Notes: a model not told the origin generated them from the letters alone. DNA of 64,000 nucleotides from an uncultured candidatus Porisulfidus sp. (GCA_965215125.1 OZ244052.1:2112001-2176000); one strand, 5' to 3'; shown: positions 52,519 through 63,261, counted from the first letter of the stretch. A program made the numbers and translations.

Positions 52519-53250
52519 ATGGAAACGGAAGCGCAATCGAACAAAGTAAACTTGCGCATCGTATTAAAGCTTAGCGGCGAGATACTTTCGAACACCGACG
52601 GTTATGGAATAGGGATAGCGGCATTAAATCAACTCGTTGACGAGATTAAATTACTACACGAAGAGAAAGTTGAATTAGCTTTGGTGATAGGTGGAGGCAA
52701 TATTATCCGCGGCGAGGCTTTTGCTGCCGGCGGCACCGCTCGGACTACCGCAGACTATATGGGGATGTTGGTGACTGTCGTTAATGCGTTGGCACTGCAA
52801 GACGCCCTGGAGAAAAAGCGTATCAACACGCGTGTGGTTTCGGCGATTAAGATGGATGAAGTATGCGAAAGTTATATACGCCGCCGCGCGATACGCCATT
52901 TAGAGAAAGGTCGGATTGTTATATTTGCAGCCGGAACCGGAAACCCTTTTTTTACTACCGATACGGCGGCAAGTCTCAGAGCGGTTGAAATAGATGCGGA
53001 TATCTTATGCAAAGCAACCAAGGTAGACGGCGTATACGATACCGACCCGAAGCAAAACCCCGACGCTAAATTGTATAAAAAGCTGAGCTACGACGAAGCG
53101 TTATCTAGAAATTTAGCGATTATGGATGCAACTGCGATCGTTTTATGCAAAGAAAATAAAATACCGATACGTGTATTTAATATGAAAGCACGCGGTATGT
53201 GTAGAAAAATTATCGAAGACGAGAGTGTCGGAACTCTGATTAGTGGATGA
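52519..53250 (+). CDS. pyrH: UMP kinase
   Basis: LKLSGE, VIGGGNI.RG, ADYMGML, AGTGNPFFTTDTAASLRA, KVDGVYD.DP. Confidence 0.98.
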   Translation: METEAQSNKVNLRIVLKLSGEILSNTDGYGIGIAALNQLVDEIKLLHEEKVELALVIGGGNIIRGEAFAAGGTARTTADYMGMLVTVVNALALQDALEKKRINTRVVSAIKMDEVCESYIRRRAIRHLEKGRIVIFAAGTGNPFFTTDTAASLRAVEIDADILCKATKVDGVYDTDPKQNPDAKLYKKLSYDEALSRNLAIMDATAIVLCKENKIPIRVFNMKARGMCRKIIEDESVGTLISG

Positions 53251-53254
53251 AACG

Positions 53255-53806
53255 ATGGATATTATAGACGACACCAAAGCCAAAATGGAGAAAAGTATCG
53301 ATTCGTTAAGGACTGACTTGACAAAAATCAGGACCGGGCGAGCACACCCGAGCCTGCTGGATCATATTACGGTGGAATACTACGGTTCTAAAACACCGAT
53401 CAACCAAATCTCCAGCATTACTACCGAAGATGCAAGGACATTAACCCTTAAGATTTGGGAAAAAGAGAATATCGGTGCCGTCGAAAAAGCAATCTCAAGC
53501 GCAAATCTAGGACTCAATCCGGTTGTCAAAGGAAATGTGATACGCGTACCGATGCCGCAACTTAACGAAGAACGACGCAAAGAACTGAATAAAATCGTTA
53601 GACAATACGGCGAAACCGCCAAGATCGCAATACGCAATATCCGCCGTGATATCAACCAACAATTAAAACAGCAGACCAAAGATAAGGAAATCAGTCAAGA
53701 CGAAGAACAAGCGTTTCATGCACGCATCGAGAAATTAACCGCCGATTATGTCAAACAAATAGACCATTTATTGGGGCAGAAAGAAAAAGAATTAATGGAG
53801 ATTTAG
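53255..53806 (+). CDS. frr: Ribosome recycling factor
   Basis: KIRTGRAHPSLLD, YYGSKTP, P.LNEERRKEL, IRNIRRD, KEKELMEI. Start at ATG 53255 or GTG 53243. Confidence 0.97.
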   Translation: MDIIDDTKAKMEKSIDSLRTDLTKIRTGRAHPSLLDHITVEYYGSKTPINQISSITTEDARTLTLKIWEKENIGAVEKAISSANLGLNPVVKGNVIRVPMPQLNEERRKELNKIVRQYGETAKIAIRNIRRDINQQLKQQTKDKEISQDEEQAFHARIEKLTADYVKQIDHLLGQKEKELMEI

Positions 53807-53813
53807 ACCTAAA

Positions 53814-54518
53814 ATGGATAAGCCTGTGCCTCGGCATGTCGCGATTATCATGGACGGTAACGGGCGATGGGCAAAATTTCTCGGCAAAAGCAGAATTTAC
53901 GGACACCGAATGGGGGTTAAAAGTACGAGGGAAGCCGTAGAACTCGCAGTTGAATATAAAATTCCCGAACTTACACTCTATACCTTTAGTAGCGAAAACT
54001 GGTCTAGGCCCTCTATGGAGGTCAACGCTTTATTAAAGTTATTCAAAGAAACCTTGGCAGCCGAATTGGAAGACTTGATAAAAAACCATGTTCGGGTGCG
54101 TTTTATAGGAGATATCTCGGCTTTCGACGAAATCATTAAAAGAGAGATAGTCAATGCCGAAAAAACGACCGCAAAACTCGATAAGCTACGCTTGAATATC
54201 GCATTGAACTACGGTGGGCGATGGGATATTGCAAATGCAGTGAGACATCTGCATGGTCAAAACCGAAAATTATCGGATCATTCAACGATACAAACAAAAA
54301 TATCCGAATATCTGAAATGCAATAGCGTGGGCGATGTGGATCTCATGATTCGTACCGGTGGAGAGTTTCGGATCAGTAATTTTTTGTTATGGCAGAGTGC
54401 CTATGCCGAATTATATTTTAGCGAAATTTTATGGCCGGATTTTCGCCGTACGGAGTTCCTCGAAGCATTGGATTGGTTTAGCCTCAGGCAAAGACGTTTC
54501 GGAGGTGTGCCGGATTGA
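53814..54518 (+). CDS. uppS: Undecaprenyl diphosphate synthase
   Basis: HVAIIMDGNGRWA, FSSENWSRP, ALNYGGR, DLMIRTGGEFRISNFLLWQSAYAE. Confidence 0.97.
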   Translation: MDKPVPRHVAIIMDGNGRWAKFLGKSRIYGHRMGVKSTREAVELAVEYKIPELTLYTFSSENWSRPSMEVNALLKLFKETLAAELEDLIKNHVRVRFIGDISAFDEIIKREIVNAEKTTAKLDKLRLNIALNYGGRWDIANAVRHLHGQNRKLSDHSTIQTKISEYLKCNSVGDVDLMIRTGGEFRISNFLLWQSAYAELYFSEILWPDFRRTEFLEALDWFSLRQRRFGGVPD

Positions 54519-55336
54519 TGAGTCGGCATACACAAAGATTAACGGTCGGTGTCGTATTATCGGTTGTTATAACGCTTTGCATCGTAGGCTTGTCGAGTTT
54601 GACAATTGTAGGTATTTTTGCATTGCTCGGTGTATTAGCCGTTTATGAATGGGGTCGATTGATTGCCGCTAGTCGCAACAAAAATAAACAACTCATCTAT
54701 GTATTTATAGGCGTGCTCGGCACTTTGTTTCTGGCATCGCCGTCTATTTATTACGATAATAAAATAATCTTGTATGTCGCTGTCTTGTGGTGGTTCATAG
54801 CACTTTTAATCGGCATTTTCTACAATGTTCGATTGTGTGCAAATGTAATTTTCAGGTGGTTTTTGTCGGTTCATATCATCATTGCCTTAGCGGCTTGCGG
54901 TGTTGCGGTTTATCTACTGCATGAAATGGCTTGGTCTTTACTACTCTATGCGGTGATATTGGTTATTGTCAGCGATACTTCGGCATACTATGTAGGTCGC
55001 CGGATGGGCAGAAATAAACTAGCTCCGACAATTAGCCCGGGGAAAACCAGAGAAGGATTCTGGGGTGCGTTGTTTGCGACGCTGATTTTGAGTTTATCAA
55101 CCGCAATTCTATTTTTGGAAAATAACACGCCGTTGAATGTGGTATCATGGATACTTTTGAGCTTGATCGCTTGTATCGCCGGTGTCATCGGAGATTTAAC
55201 CGAAAGTATGGCTAAACGGTGTGCCGGTGTGAAAGACAGTGGTAATGTATTACCGGGACACGGCGGTCTACTCGATAGAATCGATGCATTCATCGCCACA
55301 ACACCGGTTATCGCATTGGGCGTTTTGTATCTTTGA
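54515..55336 (+). CDS. cdsA: Phosphatidate cytidylyltransferase
   Basis: Hydrophobic protein with SDTSAYYVG, ISPGKT.EG and GDLTES..KR.AGVKDSG.VLPGHGGLLDRID. Confidence 0.96.
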   Translation: MMSRHTQRLTVGVVLSVVITLCIVGLSSLTIVGIFALLGVLAVYEWGRLIAASRNKNKQLIYVFIGVLGTLFLASPSIYYDNKIILYVAVLWWFIALLIGIFYNVRLCANVIFRWFLSVHIIIALAACGVAVYLLHEMAWSLLLYAVILVIVSDTSAYYVGRRMGRNKLAPTISPGKTREGFWGALFATLILSLSTAILFLENNTPLNVVSWILLSLIACIAGVIGDLTESMAKRCAGVKDSGNVLPGHGGLLDRIDAFIATTPVIALGVLYL

Positions 55337-55347
55337 AGGTTTAGTAG

Positions 55348-56580
55348 ATGGTGAGTTCGGGTAGCAGAAAAATTATCGTATTAGGTTCTACCGGTAGTAT
55401 CGGAATACAGACCTTGGATGTGATACGATCACACGCTAAGCATTATGAAGTATTTGCTTTAACCGCTTATAATTCCGTAGAAAAAATTGCCGAACAATGC
55501 TTGGAATTTAAGCCGCGCCACGCAATACTTTCCGATAAAAATCAGCTCGTTGAGTTACAAGCGTTATTACAAAAATATAAATTACACACCGAAGTGCTTC
55601 CGCAAACTATGCTCAACGATTTGATCGTTGACGGAGATTACGACACCATAGTTACGGGTATTTCCGGTATAGCCGGCTTGCAACCCATTTTAAGCGCAGC
55701 GCAGGCGGCTAAAAGAATTTTATTTGCTAACAAAGAAGCCTTGGTTGTCGCCGGTGCCTTGCTGATGCAAACGGTGAAAAAATATTCGGCAAAGCTATTA
55801 CCCATAGACAGCGAACACAATGCAATTTTTCAATGTTTGGGTAATAATTCAAAAACCGGCATAGAAGTCAAACATATTACGCTAACCGCTTCGGGTGGTC
55901 CGTTGTTGAATTGGCCGTTGGGTAAATTACATCAAGCGACACCCGAGCAAGCCTGCGCGCATCCCAACTGGGAGATGGGGCCTAAAATCTCGGTAGATTC
56001 GGCAACCTTGATGAATAAAGGATTGGAAGTTATAGAGGCGCGTTGGTTATTTGATACGGAATTATCGCGAATCAAAGTATTAATACACCCACAAAGCATT
56101 GTTCACGGCTTGGTCGAGATGAAAGACGGTTCGGTTATTGCACAATTATCAAAACCGGATATGCGTATTCCTATCGCGTATTCTTTAGCGTGGCCGGAGC
56201 GTTCTCCCGGTCAAGAGCATACGCGCTTGGATCTCGAGCAATGTGGGAAATTGGAATTTTATGCGGTTGATCACGAGCGTTTTCCTTGCTTATCTTTGGC
56301 TTACGATGCGATGCAAATAGGAGCCGGCGCGCCTATAGTCTTGAATGCGGTAAACGAGGAGGCGGTACGCGCCTTTTTGGGCGGTCGCATTACTTTTGAC
56401 CGTATTGCTACGATATGCTCCGAGATTATGGAAGAGAGTACTTTTGAAAATGCCGATCATTTAGGGCATATTCTAGAGATAGACCGGCGCACTCGTCATC
56501 TCGCTAAAACCTTTATAAACAGAGATAGGAGCAATGTCGTGCCTTTTCCCGATAGCCGCCCTAAACGATATATAATTTAG
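55348..56580 (+). CDS. dxr: 1-deoxy-D-xylulose 5-phosphate reductoisomerase
   Basis: LGSTGSIG, ANKEALV, PIDSEHNAIFQ, HPNWEMGPKISVDSATLMNKGLEVIEA. Confidence 0.98.
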   Translation: MVSSGSRKIIVLGSTGSIGIQTLDVIRSHAKHYEVFALTAYNSVEKIAEQCLEFKPRHAILSDKNQLVELQALLQKYKLHTEVLPQTMLNDLIVDGDYDTIVTGISGIAGLQPILSAAQAAKRILFANKEALVVAGALLMQTVKKYSAKLLPIDSEHNAIFQCLGNNSKTGIEVKHITLTASGGPLLNWPLGKLHQATPEQACAHPNWEMGPKISVDSATLMNKGLEVIEARWLFDTELSRIKVLIHPQSIVHGLVEMKDGSVIAQLSKPDMRIPIAYSLAWPERSPGQEHTRLDLEQCGKLEFYAVDHERFPCLSLAYDAMQIGAGAPIVLNAVNEEAVRAFLGGRITFDRIATICSEIMEESTFENADHLGHILEIDRRTRHLAKTFINRDRSNVVPFPDSRPKRYII

Positions 56581-56639
56581 CGATTTTGAAACGATTTACT
56601 GAAATATCGCTATAATATAAAGCCAACTAGGAAACTATT

Positions 56640-58007
56640 ATGGATTACATCATCGGTGCCGTCGGATTTCTAATAGCAATTACCGTGCTGATTGCATTTC
56701 ATGAATTCGGACATTATTGGGTTGCCCGCCGAGCAAATATTAAGATTCTACGCTTTGCGATAGGCTTCGGCAGGGCGATATACAGCAGAAAATTCGGTCC
56801 TGATAAAAGCGAGTTTATTATCGGTAGTATTCCTTTGGGAGGCTATGTGAAAATGCTCGATGAGCGAGAAGGTGCTGTGCCTACCGAGGCAGTGCATAGA
56901 GCATTCAACCGTCAATCGTTGGGTGTGCGTACTTTGGTCGTCGCCGCAGGACCGGTTGCAAATTTCATACTGGCATTCTTACTCTACATTGTGGTGTTTA
57001 TGGTAGGTTCCTTTGAGCGTAGGGTTATTGTAGGGGAGATGGAACCTCAAGGTGCGGCGATGACGGCCGGTTTGCAGAAAGGCGACGAAATTTACGCCGT
57101 TGAAGGTCGCACGGTGCAAGGAACCAGACAGACAATGCTCGCTATTATAGAAGGTGCCTTGGATAGCTCTCGTATTGCGATAGAGGTCGTCGGCGAGGAC
57201 GGTAATCGCAGGCAGCACACATTGGAAATAGATAGTGATACATTTATCAACGACGAAAGTCGCTCGGCATTCGAGAAATTGGGTATGACTTTGATGCGTC
57301 CCGAATTGGAAGCAATTGTCGGCGAAGTATTGCCCGATAGTGCGGCGCAACGATACGGTCTAATAAAAAATGATCGCATTCTTCGCTTTGACGGATTGCC
57401 GATAGAAAATTGGAGTCGGCTGACCGAGCAAATACGAGCCCATCCCGACACATCGGTGGAATTAACGATTCTTCGCAACGAACGGGAAGTGACGATAGAT
57501 TTTAGACCCGATGCGCAAGCACAAGGTAAGAATATCGTAGGTAAGGCCGGGATCATAGCACTCAGTTCACCGTCGCTGTTTGAACCCTATCGGGTTCATA
57601 TACGCTACGGTTTGTTCGATTCAATCACAAAGGCGGCGCAACAAACTTGGACGATGACGATACTGACTTTTAAGTTTATCATTCACATGATTACCGGCTC
57701 GGTATCGCTTTCCAATATTAGTGGTCCGGTAACCATAGCCGAGGTCGCCGGTGTTTCTTTTCTGCTGGGTATCGTGAGTTATTTGAGCGTGCTGGCGATA
57801 ATCAGCATCAGCATAGGCGTACTCAATTTACTTCCGGTGCCGGTATTGGACGGCGGTCACCTGTTGCATTACTTATGGGAATTTATCGCCGGCAAACCGT
57901 TATCTATGGCGGCGCAAGCTAAAGCCCAGTTGGTCGGTATGATAATGATCGGTTCCTTGATAGTACTGGCTTTGTACAACGATCTACAACGTCTGTTGGG
58001 TCCTTGA
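56640..58007 (+). CDS. rseP: RIP metalloprotease RseP
   Basis: HEFGH, IPLGGYVKM, AGPVANF, two PDZ-like regions, NLLPVPVLDGGH. Confidence 0.96.
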   Translation: MDYIIGAVGFLIAITVLIAFHEFGHYWVARRANIKILRFAIGFGRAIYSRKFGPDKSEFIIGSIPLGGYVKMLDEREGAVPTEAVHRAFNRQSLGVRTLVVAAGPVANFILAFLLYIVVFMVGSFERRVIVGEMEPQGAAMTAGLQKGDEIYAVEGRTVQGTRQTMLAIIEGALDSSRIAIEVVGEDGNRRQHTLEIDSDTFINDESRSAFEKLGMTLMRPELEAIVGEVLPDSAAQRYGLIKNDRILRFDGLPIENWSRLTEQIRAHPDTSVELTILRNEREVTIDFRPDAQAQGKNIVGKAGIIALSSPSLFEPYRVHIRYGLFDSITKAAQQTWTMTILTFKFIIHMITGSVSLSNISGPVTIAEVAGVSFLLGIVSYLSVLAIISISIGVLNLLPVPVLDGGHLLHYLWEFIAGKPLSMAAQAKAQLVGMIMIGSLIVLALYNDLQRLLGP

Positions 58008-58024
58008 TTAAAGGTAGGTAATAT

Positions 58025-60352
58025 TTGAAGCACATTTACCGATTCTTAACGATTACTCTAGTCGCTTTATGCGGCATTGCCAATGCCGATGGCTTCATTA
58101 TCAAAGATATAGAAATAAAAGGCCTCAAGCGTGTCGATGCAAGTAATATCTTTCTGGTACTGCCGTTTCGCATTAACGATTATTTTGATTTTTCAAATTC
58201 GCCGGAACTAATTGAATTGTTATATGCAGAAGGTTATTTCGAAGAAGTAGAACTGCGCTACGATAACGACCGTTTGTATATTATCGTCACCGAAAGACCG
58301 GGCATCGCTGCGATCTATGTAGAAGGAAGCGACGAAGTGCCCGAAGAAGCGGTATTGGAAGCCCTGGAGTTTAACGATATCGCCCCCGGGCGCATCTACA
58401 AATATGCAACTTTCGATAAAATCAAACAGGAACTTCGCAAGCAATATCATGCACTGGGAAAGTACGCCGTCAATATCAATATAGACACCGTAGCACTACC
58501 CGATAATCAAATCAATCTTGTTGTCCGAATCAACGAAAACGAAACAACTCGCATCAAAGATATTCAAATCATAGGAAATCGCCAACTGTCGGATAAATTA
58601 TTGAAGGACAATTTCCAATCGGGAGGCAAAAAATGGTATGAATTTTGGAAAGATCAAGATAAGTATTCTAGGTTCAAGTTGGCGGCGGATATAGAATCAT
58701 TGCAGGCTTTTTATCAGGATAGAGGTTATCTGGATTTTGCCGTCGAAGAAATCAAAGTGACATTGACACCGGACCGACGTTTTATCGATGTTTTGATCAA
58801 AATAAGAGAAGGACAACCGTATCGTATTAAAAAAGCCAATCTTGCTTCTGTGTCCGTACCCGAACGAGCAAAGATTATTGAGGTAATAAACGAGCATATT
58901 AAAGAGGATAAAATTTTTTCGCGTCAGGAAGCATTGAAGGCGAGTGCGAAAATAGGTCATATTCTTAAAGATCAAGGCTACGCATCTGCTAAGGTAGATG
59001 CTATTCCGCAACCCGATACCGAAAATGGTACGGTCGATGTTACTTTTTTCCCGAATCCCGGTCCGTTGACTTATGTGCGGCGTATTAATATACACGGTAA
59101 TATAGCGACCGACGGCGAGGTGTTCAGACATGAATTGAGACAGCTCGAGAGTGCGCCTTATTCGGCTAGGAAAATAGACCTTTCTAAAAGGAGATTGCAA
59201 CGATTACCTTTTGTGAGTGCGGTGAAGATAGAGGAAAACCCGGTTGAAAAATCAAGCAATCAACTGGATCTGAATTTTGAGGTAGAGGAGCGTAAATCGG
59301 GGAGTTTTAATATAGGCGCAGGGTTTTCGGATAGCGACGGTGCGGTGCTGAGTTTGCAACTGAGCCAGTCTAATTTTTTAGGCACCGGTAATCGAGTCAG
59401 TACGGTCTTTAATAATAGCAGGTCAAACACGCGTTATGCATTGCGATTTACCGACCCGAACTATACCATAGACGGCGTAAGCCGTACTTTGTCGGCTAGT
59501 TATAGTGCAACCGACTACGGGGAAAGAGATGTCTCTTATATAGATACCGATGAAATTAATTTGGGGGTGCATTACGGTATTCCTATCTCGGAAGTGGATA
59601 CCCTAGGCCTGGGTATACGGTGGGAAGAAGTTCGCTATGAGGATAGTCTGGATAGACGGTCCGTACGGAATCGTCTTGGCAGTTTGAGAGAATGTCTGGG
59701 CCGCCCGGAAGGCGAAGATTTCGAGTATTATGTGTTTAGGAATTATGCCGTCACCGCAGGCGTCGCTTACGATACTCGGAATAGTTCGCTATTCCCCACA
59801 GAGGGTGCGAGGATATCGACCAATTTAGAAGTCTACGGACCGGGCAGTGGTTTGAAGTATTATAAGGCGAATTATTCGCACCGCCATTTTTTTCCTTTAG
59901 ACGAAGACAAAAATTTTGTTTTTTCGCCTAGGCTGTTATTATCGTATGCCGATAAATACGGCAGCACACCGGAAGTGCCTTGCACCGACCGCTTTTTTGC
60001 CGGAGGAACCAAAACGGTTCGCGGTTACTTAAATAATTCATTAGGTCCTAGAGACTCGGCCGATCGCGCCGAGGGTGGTAATTTCAGGGCAGTGGGAAAC
60101 TTTGATTTGTATTTTCCCACCGGCTTTTTATACGACCCCAAGCGGCTACGCGCAAGTGTTTTTAGCGATATCGGGAATGTTTTCGAGGATTTTAGCGACT
60201 TTGACTTCTCCGAAATCAGAGGATCCATAGGGATTAATATGAGTTGGATAACTGCAATCGGTGCGGTTACTTTTAACTTCGCAACGCAGTATAATGACAA
60301 ACCAGAGGATAGAACCGAGAGTTTTCAATTCGATTTAGGAACTAATTTTTAA
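58025..60352 (+). CDS. bamA: Outer membrane protein assembly factor BamA
   Basis: Signal peptide, POTRA repeats, NFLGTGN, VRGY motif, C-terminal FQFDLGTNF; TTG start preceded by AGGTAGG. Confidence 0.96.
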   Translation: MKHIYRFLTITLVALCGIANADGFIIKDIEIKGLKRVDASNIFLVLPFRINDYFDFSNSPELIELLYAEGYFEEVELRYDNDRLYIIVTERPGIAAIYVEGSDEVPEEAVLEALEFNDIAPGRIYKYATFDKIKQELRKQYHALGKYAVNINIDTVALPDNQINLVVRINENETTRIKDIQIIGNRQLSDKLLKDNFQSGGKKWYEFWKDQDKYSRFKLAADIESLQAFYQDRGYLDFAVEEIKVTLTPDRRFIDVLIKIREGQPYRIKKANLASVSVPERAKIIEVINEHIKEDKIFSRQEALKASAKIGHILKDQGYASAKVDAIPQPDTENGTVDVTFFPNPGPLTYVRRINIHGNIATDGEVFRHELRQLESAPYSARKIDLSKRRLQRLPFVSAVKIEENPVEKSSNQLDLNFEVEERKSGSFNIGAGFSDSDGAVLSLQLSQSNFLGTGNRVSTVFNNSRSNTRYALRFTDPNYTIDGVSRTLSASYSATDYGERDVSYIDTDEINLGVHYGIPISEVDTLGLGIRWEEVRYEDSLDRRSVRNRLGSLRECLGRPEGEDFEYYVFRNYAVTAGVAYDTRNSSLFPTEGARISTNLEVYGPGSGLKYYKANYSHRHFFPLDEDKNFVFSPRLLLSYADKYGSTPEVPCTDRFFAGGTKTVRGYLNNSLGPRDSADRAEGGNFRAVGNFDLYFPTGFLYDPKRLRASVFSDIGNVFEDFSDFDFSEIRGSIGINMSWITAIGAVTFNFATQYNDKPEDRTESFQFDLGTNF

Positions 60353-60355
60353 GCA

Positions 60356-60880
60356 ATGAATATGACTATAAAAAACAACGATATACCTTTGAAAAGGTTT
60401 ATTTTAATCATAGCTTTACTGATCAACACGAGTAGTTATGCGGCGGGCGTAGGCTTCGTCAATATCTCTATCGTGATGCAGAAAGCCCCTCAATCTATCG
60501 CTGCGGTTGAACGCTTGGAAGCGGAGTTTGACAAAAAAGATGCCCAATTATTGGAGCTGGAAGACGATATCAGAAAAGGTGAAATTTTACTCCGACGCTC
60601 GTCGCGTACTATGGACGAGGAAAAAAGGGAACGTTTGCAAGCAAGGATTATTTCGATGAAACGAGAATTCAAGGAAAGACGCGAAGAGTTTAAGGAAGAA
60701 TTCAATAAGCGGCGAACCGAAGAGCAGGCTAAGATACAAGAAGAGGTTTTGGAAATTATCAAAGAGCTAGCCAAGAGAAAAAATTTTGATATGGTCGTAT
60801 CCGAGCCTATACTCTATGCCGACGATCAAGTTAATCTAACCGATCAAGTGCTGGATATATTAGAAAAACGAGCGCAGTGA
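60356..60880 (+). CDS. skp: OmpH/Skp periplasmic chaperone
   Basis: Signal peptide, VGFVN, charged coiled coil, C-terminal YAD..VNLTDQVL; located between bamA and lpxD. Confidence 0.9.
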   Translation: MNMTIKNNDIPLKRFILIIALLINTSSYAAGVGFVNISIVMQKAPQSIAAVERLEAEFDKKDAQLLELEDDIRKGEILLRRSSRTMDEEKRERLQARIISMKREFKERREEFKEEFNKRRTEEQAKIQEEVLEIIKELAKRKNFDMVVSEPILYADDQVNLTDQVLDILEKRAQ

Positions 60881-60893
60881 CGGTATCCCTACT

Positions 60894-61910
60894 ATGCCCA
60901 AGCGGTCTTATACTTTAACCGAGCTGGCAGAGCATATTAACATTCAAAAAGCACCGGAAGATATTAAAATTAACGGTATTGCAAGTTTGCGAGATGCGCA
61001 ACCGGATCAAGTTTCGTTTTATGCCAATCCCAAGCAACGAGATTTTTTGACTACAACGCGAGCAGGCGCGGTTTTGATCAAACCCGAGGATCAACACCTA
61101 TGCAAACAGCCGACACTGCTTTGCGATAACCCATATCTGGCTTTTGCACGACTTAGCCACTTATTTAGTACCGGTAATCGCTCGTCAACCAATGCGATCC
61201 ATCGAACTGCCGATGTTGCGACCGACGTGTGTATAGGAGCAGGTGTTTCTATAGGGGCAGGTGTGGCAATCGGAAGGCATTGTATCTTAGGCGACGGTGT
61301 TACAATCGGAACAAATTGCACGATAGGAGATTATTGTAGTATAGGAGAGAATACTTTGCTTAAGGCACACGTTGTGCTTGCCGATAAAACTAAGCTCGGT
61401 CGGCGAGTTATCATACAACCGGGGGCGGTAATCGGTGGAGATGGTTTCGGTTTCGTGCCGGACGGCAACGACTGGATCAAGATAGAGCATTTAGGTAATG
61501 TGGAAATAGGCGACGATGTAGAGATCGGTGCGAATACGGCGATAGACAAAGCAACTCTGGGTAGTACCGTTATAGGAAACGGAGTCAAAATAGATAATTT
61601 AGTGCATATCAGTCATAACGATGTCATAGGAGACAGAACGGTGATCGCTGCTTGCACCGGCATCGCCGGCAGTACTACGATAGGCAAAGATTGTAAAATC
61701 GGAGGTGCGGCAATGATCAACGGACAAATTAGCATTTGTGACGGCACGACGATAACACCGGCAACACGCATCCATAAATCTATTACAAAAAAAGGACACT
61801 ATAGTTCGGGTTTACTCTCTGTTGAACACGGTCAATGGTTAAAAAATAGTGTTTATTTCAAAAATTTATATAAATTACTTGATAATTTGAATAAACTAAA
61901 TAAAAGATAG
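60894..61910 (+). CDS. lpxD: UDP-3-O-acyl-glucosamine N-acyltransferase
   Basis: NPYLAFA, hexapeptide repeats, IGGDGFGF, VEIGANTAIDK, KIDNLVHISHN. Confidence 0.96.
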   Translation: MPKRSYTLTELAEHINIQKAPEDIKINGIASLRDAQPDQVSFYANPKQRDFLTTTRAGAVLIKPEDQHLCKQPTLLCDNPYLAFARLSHLFSTGNRSSTNAIHRTADVATDVCIGAGVSIGAGVAIGRHCILGDGVTIGTNCTIGDYCSIGENTLLKAHVVLADKTKLGRRVIIQPGAVIGGDGFGFVPDGNDWIKIEHLGNVEIGDDVEIGANTAIDKATLGSTVIGNGVKIDNLVHISHNDVIGDRTVIAACTGIAGSTTIGKDCKIGGAAMINGQISICDGTTITPATRIHKSITKKGHYSSGLLSVEHGQWLKNSVYFKNLYKLLDNLNKLNKR

Positions 61911-61920
61911 GAAGATTATT

Positions 61921-62376
61921 ATGCATTCATTTGATTTTGAAAAAGAAATTAAACATATATTGCCGCATCGATTCCCGATGTTGCTGGTTGACCGAGTCAT
62001 TGAATACAATAAAGGAAAGCGTCTGAAGGCAATTAAAAATGTGACCATTAACGAAGATTTTTTCAACGGCCACTTTCCGCAAAAAGCCGTTATGCCGGGA
62101 GTACTGATTATCGAAGCGATGGCACAAGCATCGTGTTTGTTGCTTCTGAAAGAAGCGTATATCAGAGAACAATCGATCGGCGAGAGTGGCGAACAGCTTA
62201 TTTTACTCGCCGGTATCGAGCGAGCAAGATTCAAAGCACCCGTGGTACCCGGTGATCAATTGATATTGGATGTAGTCTTAGAAAAATTTAAGAAAAATTA
62301 TGCCGTGTTTCACTGCTTGGCTTTGGTGGACGAGCAAACAGTTGCTGTTGCAACCTTGAAGTGTATGATGAAATAA
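61921..62376 (+). CDS. fabZ: 3-hydroxyacyl-ACP dehydratase
   Basis: LPHRFPMLLVDRV, KNVTINE.FF.GHFP...MPGVLIIEAMAQ, RFKAPVVPGDQL. Confidence 0.97.
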   Translation: MHSFDFEKEIKHILPHRFPMLLVDRVIEYNKGKRLKAIKNVTINEDFFNGHFPQKAVMPGVLIIEAMAQASCLLLLKEAYIREQSIGESGEQLILLAGIERARFKAPVVPGDQLILDVVLEKFKKNYAVFHCLALVDEQTVAVATLKCMMK

Positions 62377-62400
62377 ACTCGGATTTGGGTAGTTTCAGCT

Positions 62401-63210
62401 ATGATACATCCGACCGCAATCATCGCCGACGATGCAAGCCTTGCCGAGAATGTGTCTATAGGTGCTTATAGCATGGTTGATTCCGGAGTTTCTATAGGGG
62501 CGGGAACACAGATTGGTCCGCATACGGTCATTAAAGGACCTACGCAAATCGGGTGTAATAATCGAATTTTTCAATTTTGTTCAATAGGAGAATTACCTCA
62601 AGATAGACAATGCCGCAATCCGACTCCTGAAAACAATGGTGGCTGTTTGACGATAGGAGATAACAATACGATTCGTGAGTATTGCACGATCAATCGTGGA
62701 ACGATAGAGGGAGGAGGGCAAACGACGATAGCCGACGATAATTTCTTTATGGCTTATGTGCATATAGCCCATGATTGTAAAATTGCCAGCCATACTATTT
62801 TTGCCAATGCAGCGAGTTTAGCAGGGCATGTAGAGGTCGGCGATTATGCGACGCTGAGCGGCTTTGTGATGGTACATCAATTTTGCCGCATAGGACGATA
62901 CGCATACAGCGGTATGGGTAGCGGCTTGAATAAGGATTTGCCGCCTTATCTGCTCGCTGCCGGACTTCCGGCACAAACACACGGACTTAACAAAGTAGGG
63001 CTGAAAAGAGTCGGTTTTTCCGAAGATGTTATACAAAAATTACACCAAGCCTATATGAAATTACTGCGTTCGCTCTCGGATTATAAAATTAATATAGACG
63101 AGCAGTATAAAGTTGCCGCACAATATCCCGATGTGAAACATCTGATTGAATTTATAGAAACGAGTATGGACGGCAAGCATCGCGGCATCTTGCCGAGTGA
63201 AAAGGGATAA
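62401..63210 (+). CDS. lpxA: Acyl-ACP--UDP-N-acetylglucosamine O-acyltransferase
   Basis: MIHPTAII, hexapeptide repeats, IRE..TINRGT, HIAHDC, LAGHV, VHQFCRIG, GLNKVGLKR. Confidence 0.97.
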   Translation: MIHPTAIIADDASLAENVSIGAYSMVDSGVSIGAGTQIGPHTVIKGPTQIGCNNRIFQFCSIGELPQDRQCRNPTPENNGGCLTIGDNNTIREYCTINRGTIEGGGQTTIADDNFFMAYVHIAHDCKIASHTIFANAASLAGHVEVGDYATLSGFVMVHQFCRIGRYAYSGMGSGLNKDLPPYLLAAGLPAQTHGLNKVGLKRVGFSEDVIQKLHQAYMKLLRSLSDYKINIDEQYKVAAQYPDVKHLIEFIETSMDGKHRGILPSEKG

Positions 63211-63241
63211 TTATATCGTTGAGTTATCGCTCAAACACACA

Positions 63242-63250
63242 TGATATAAT
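63242..63250 (+). promoter_or_regulatory. Extended -10 element for tRNA-Ala
   Basis: TGATATAAT ends 11 nt before the tRNA 5' end. Confidence 0.45.
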
Positions 63251-63261
63251 ACACTCCGATT

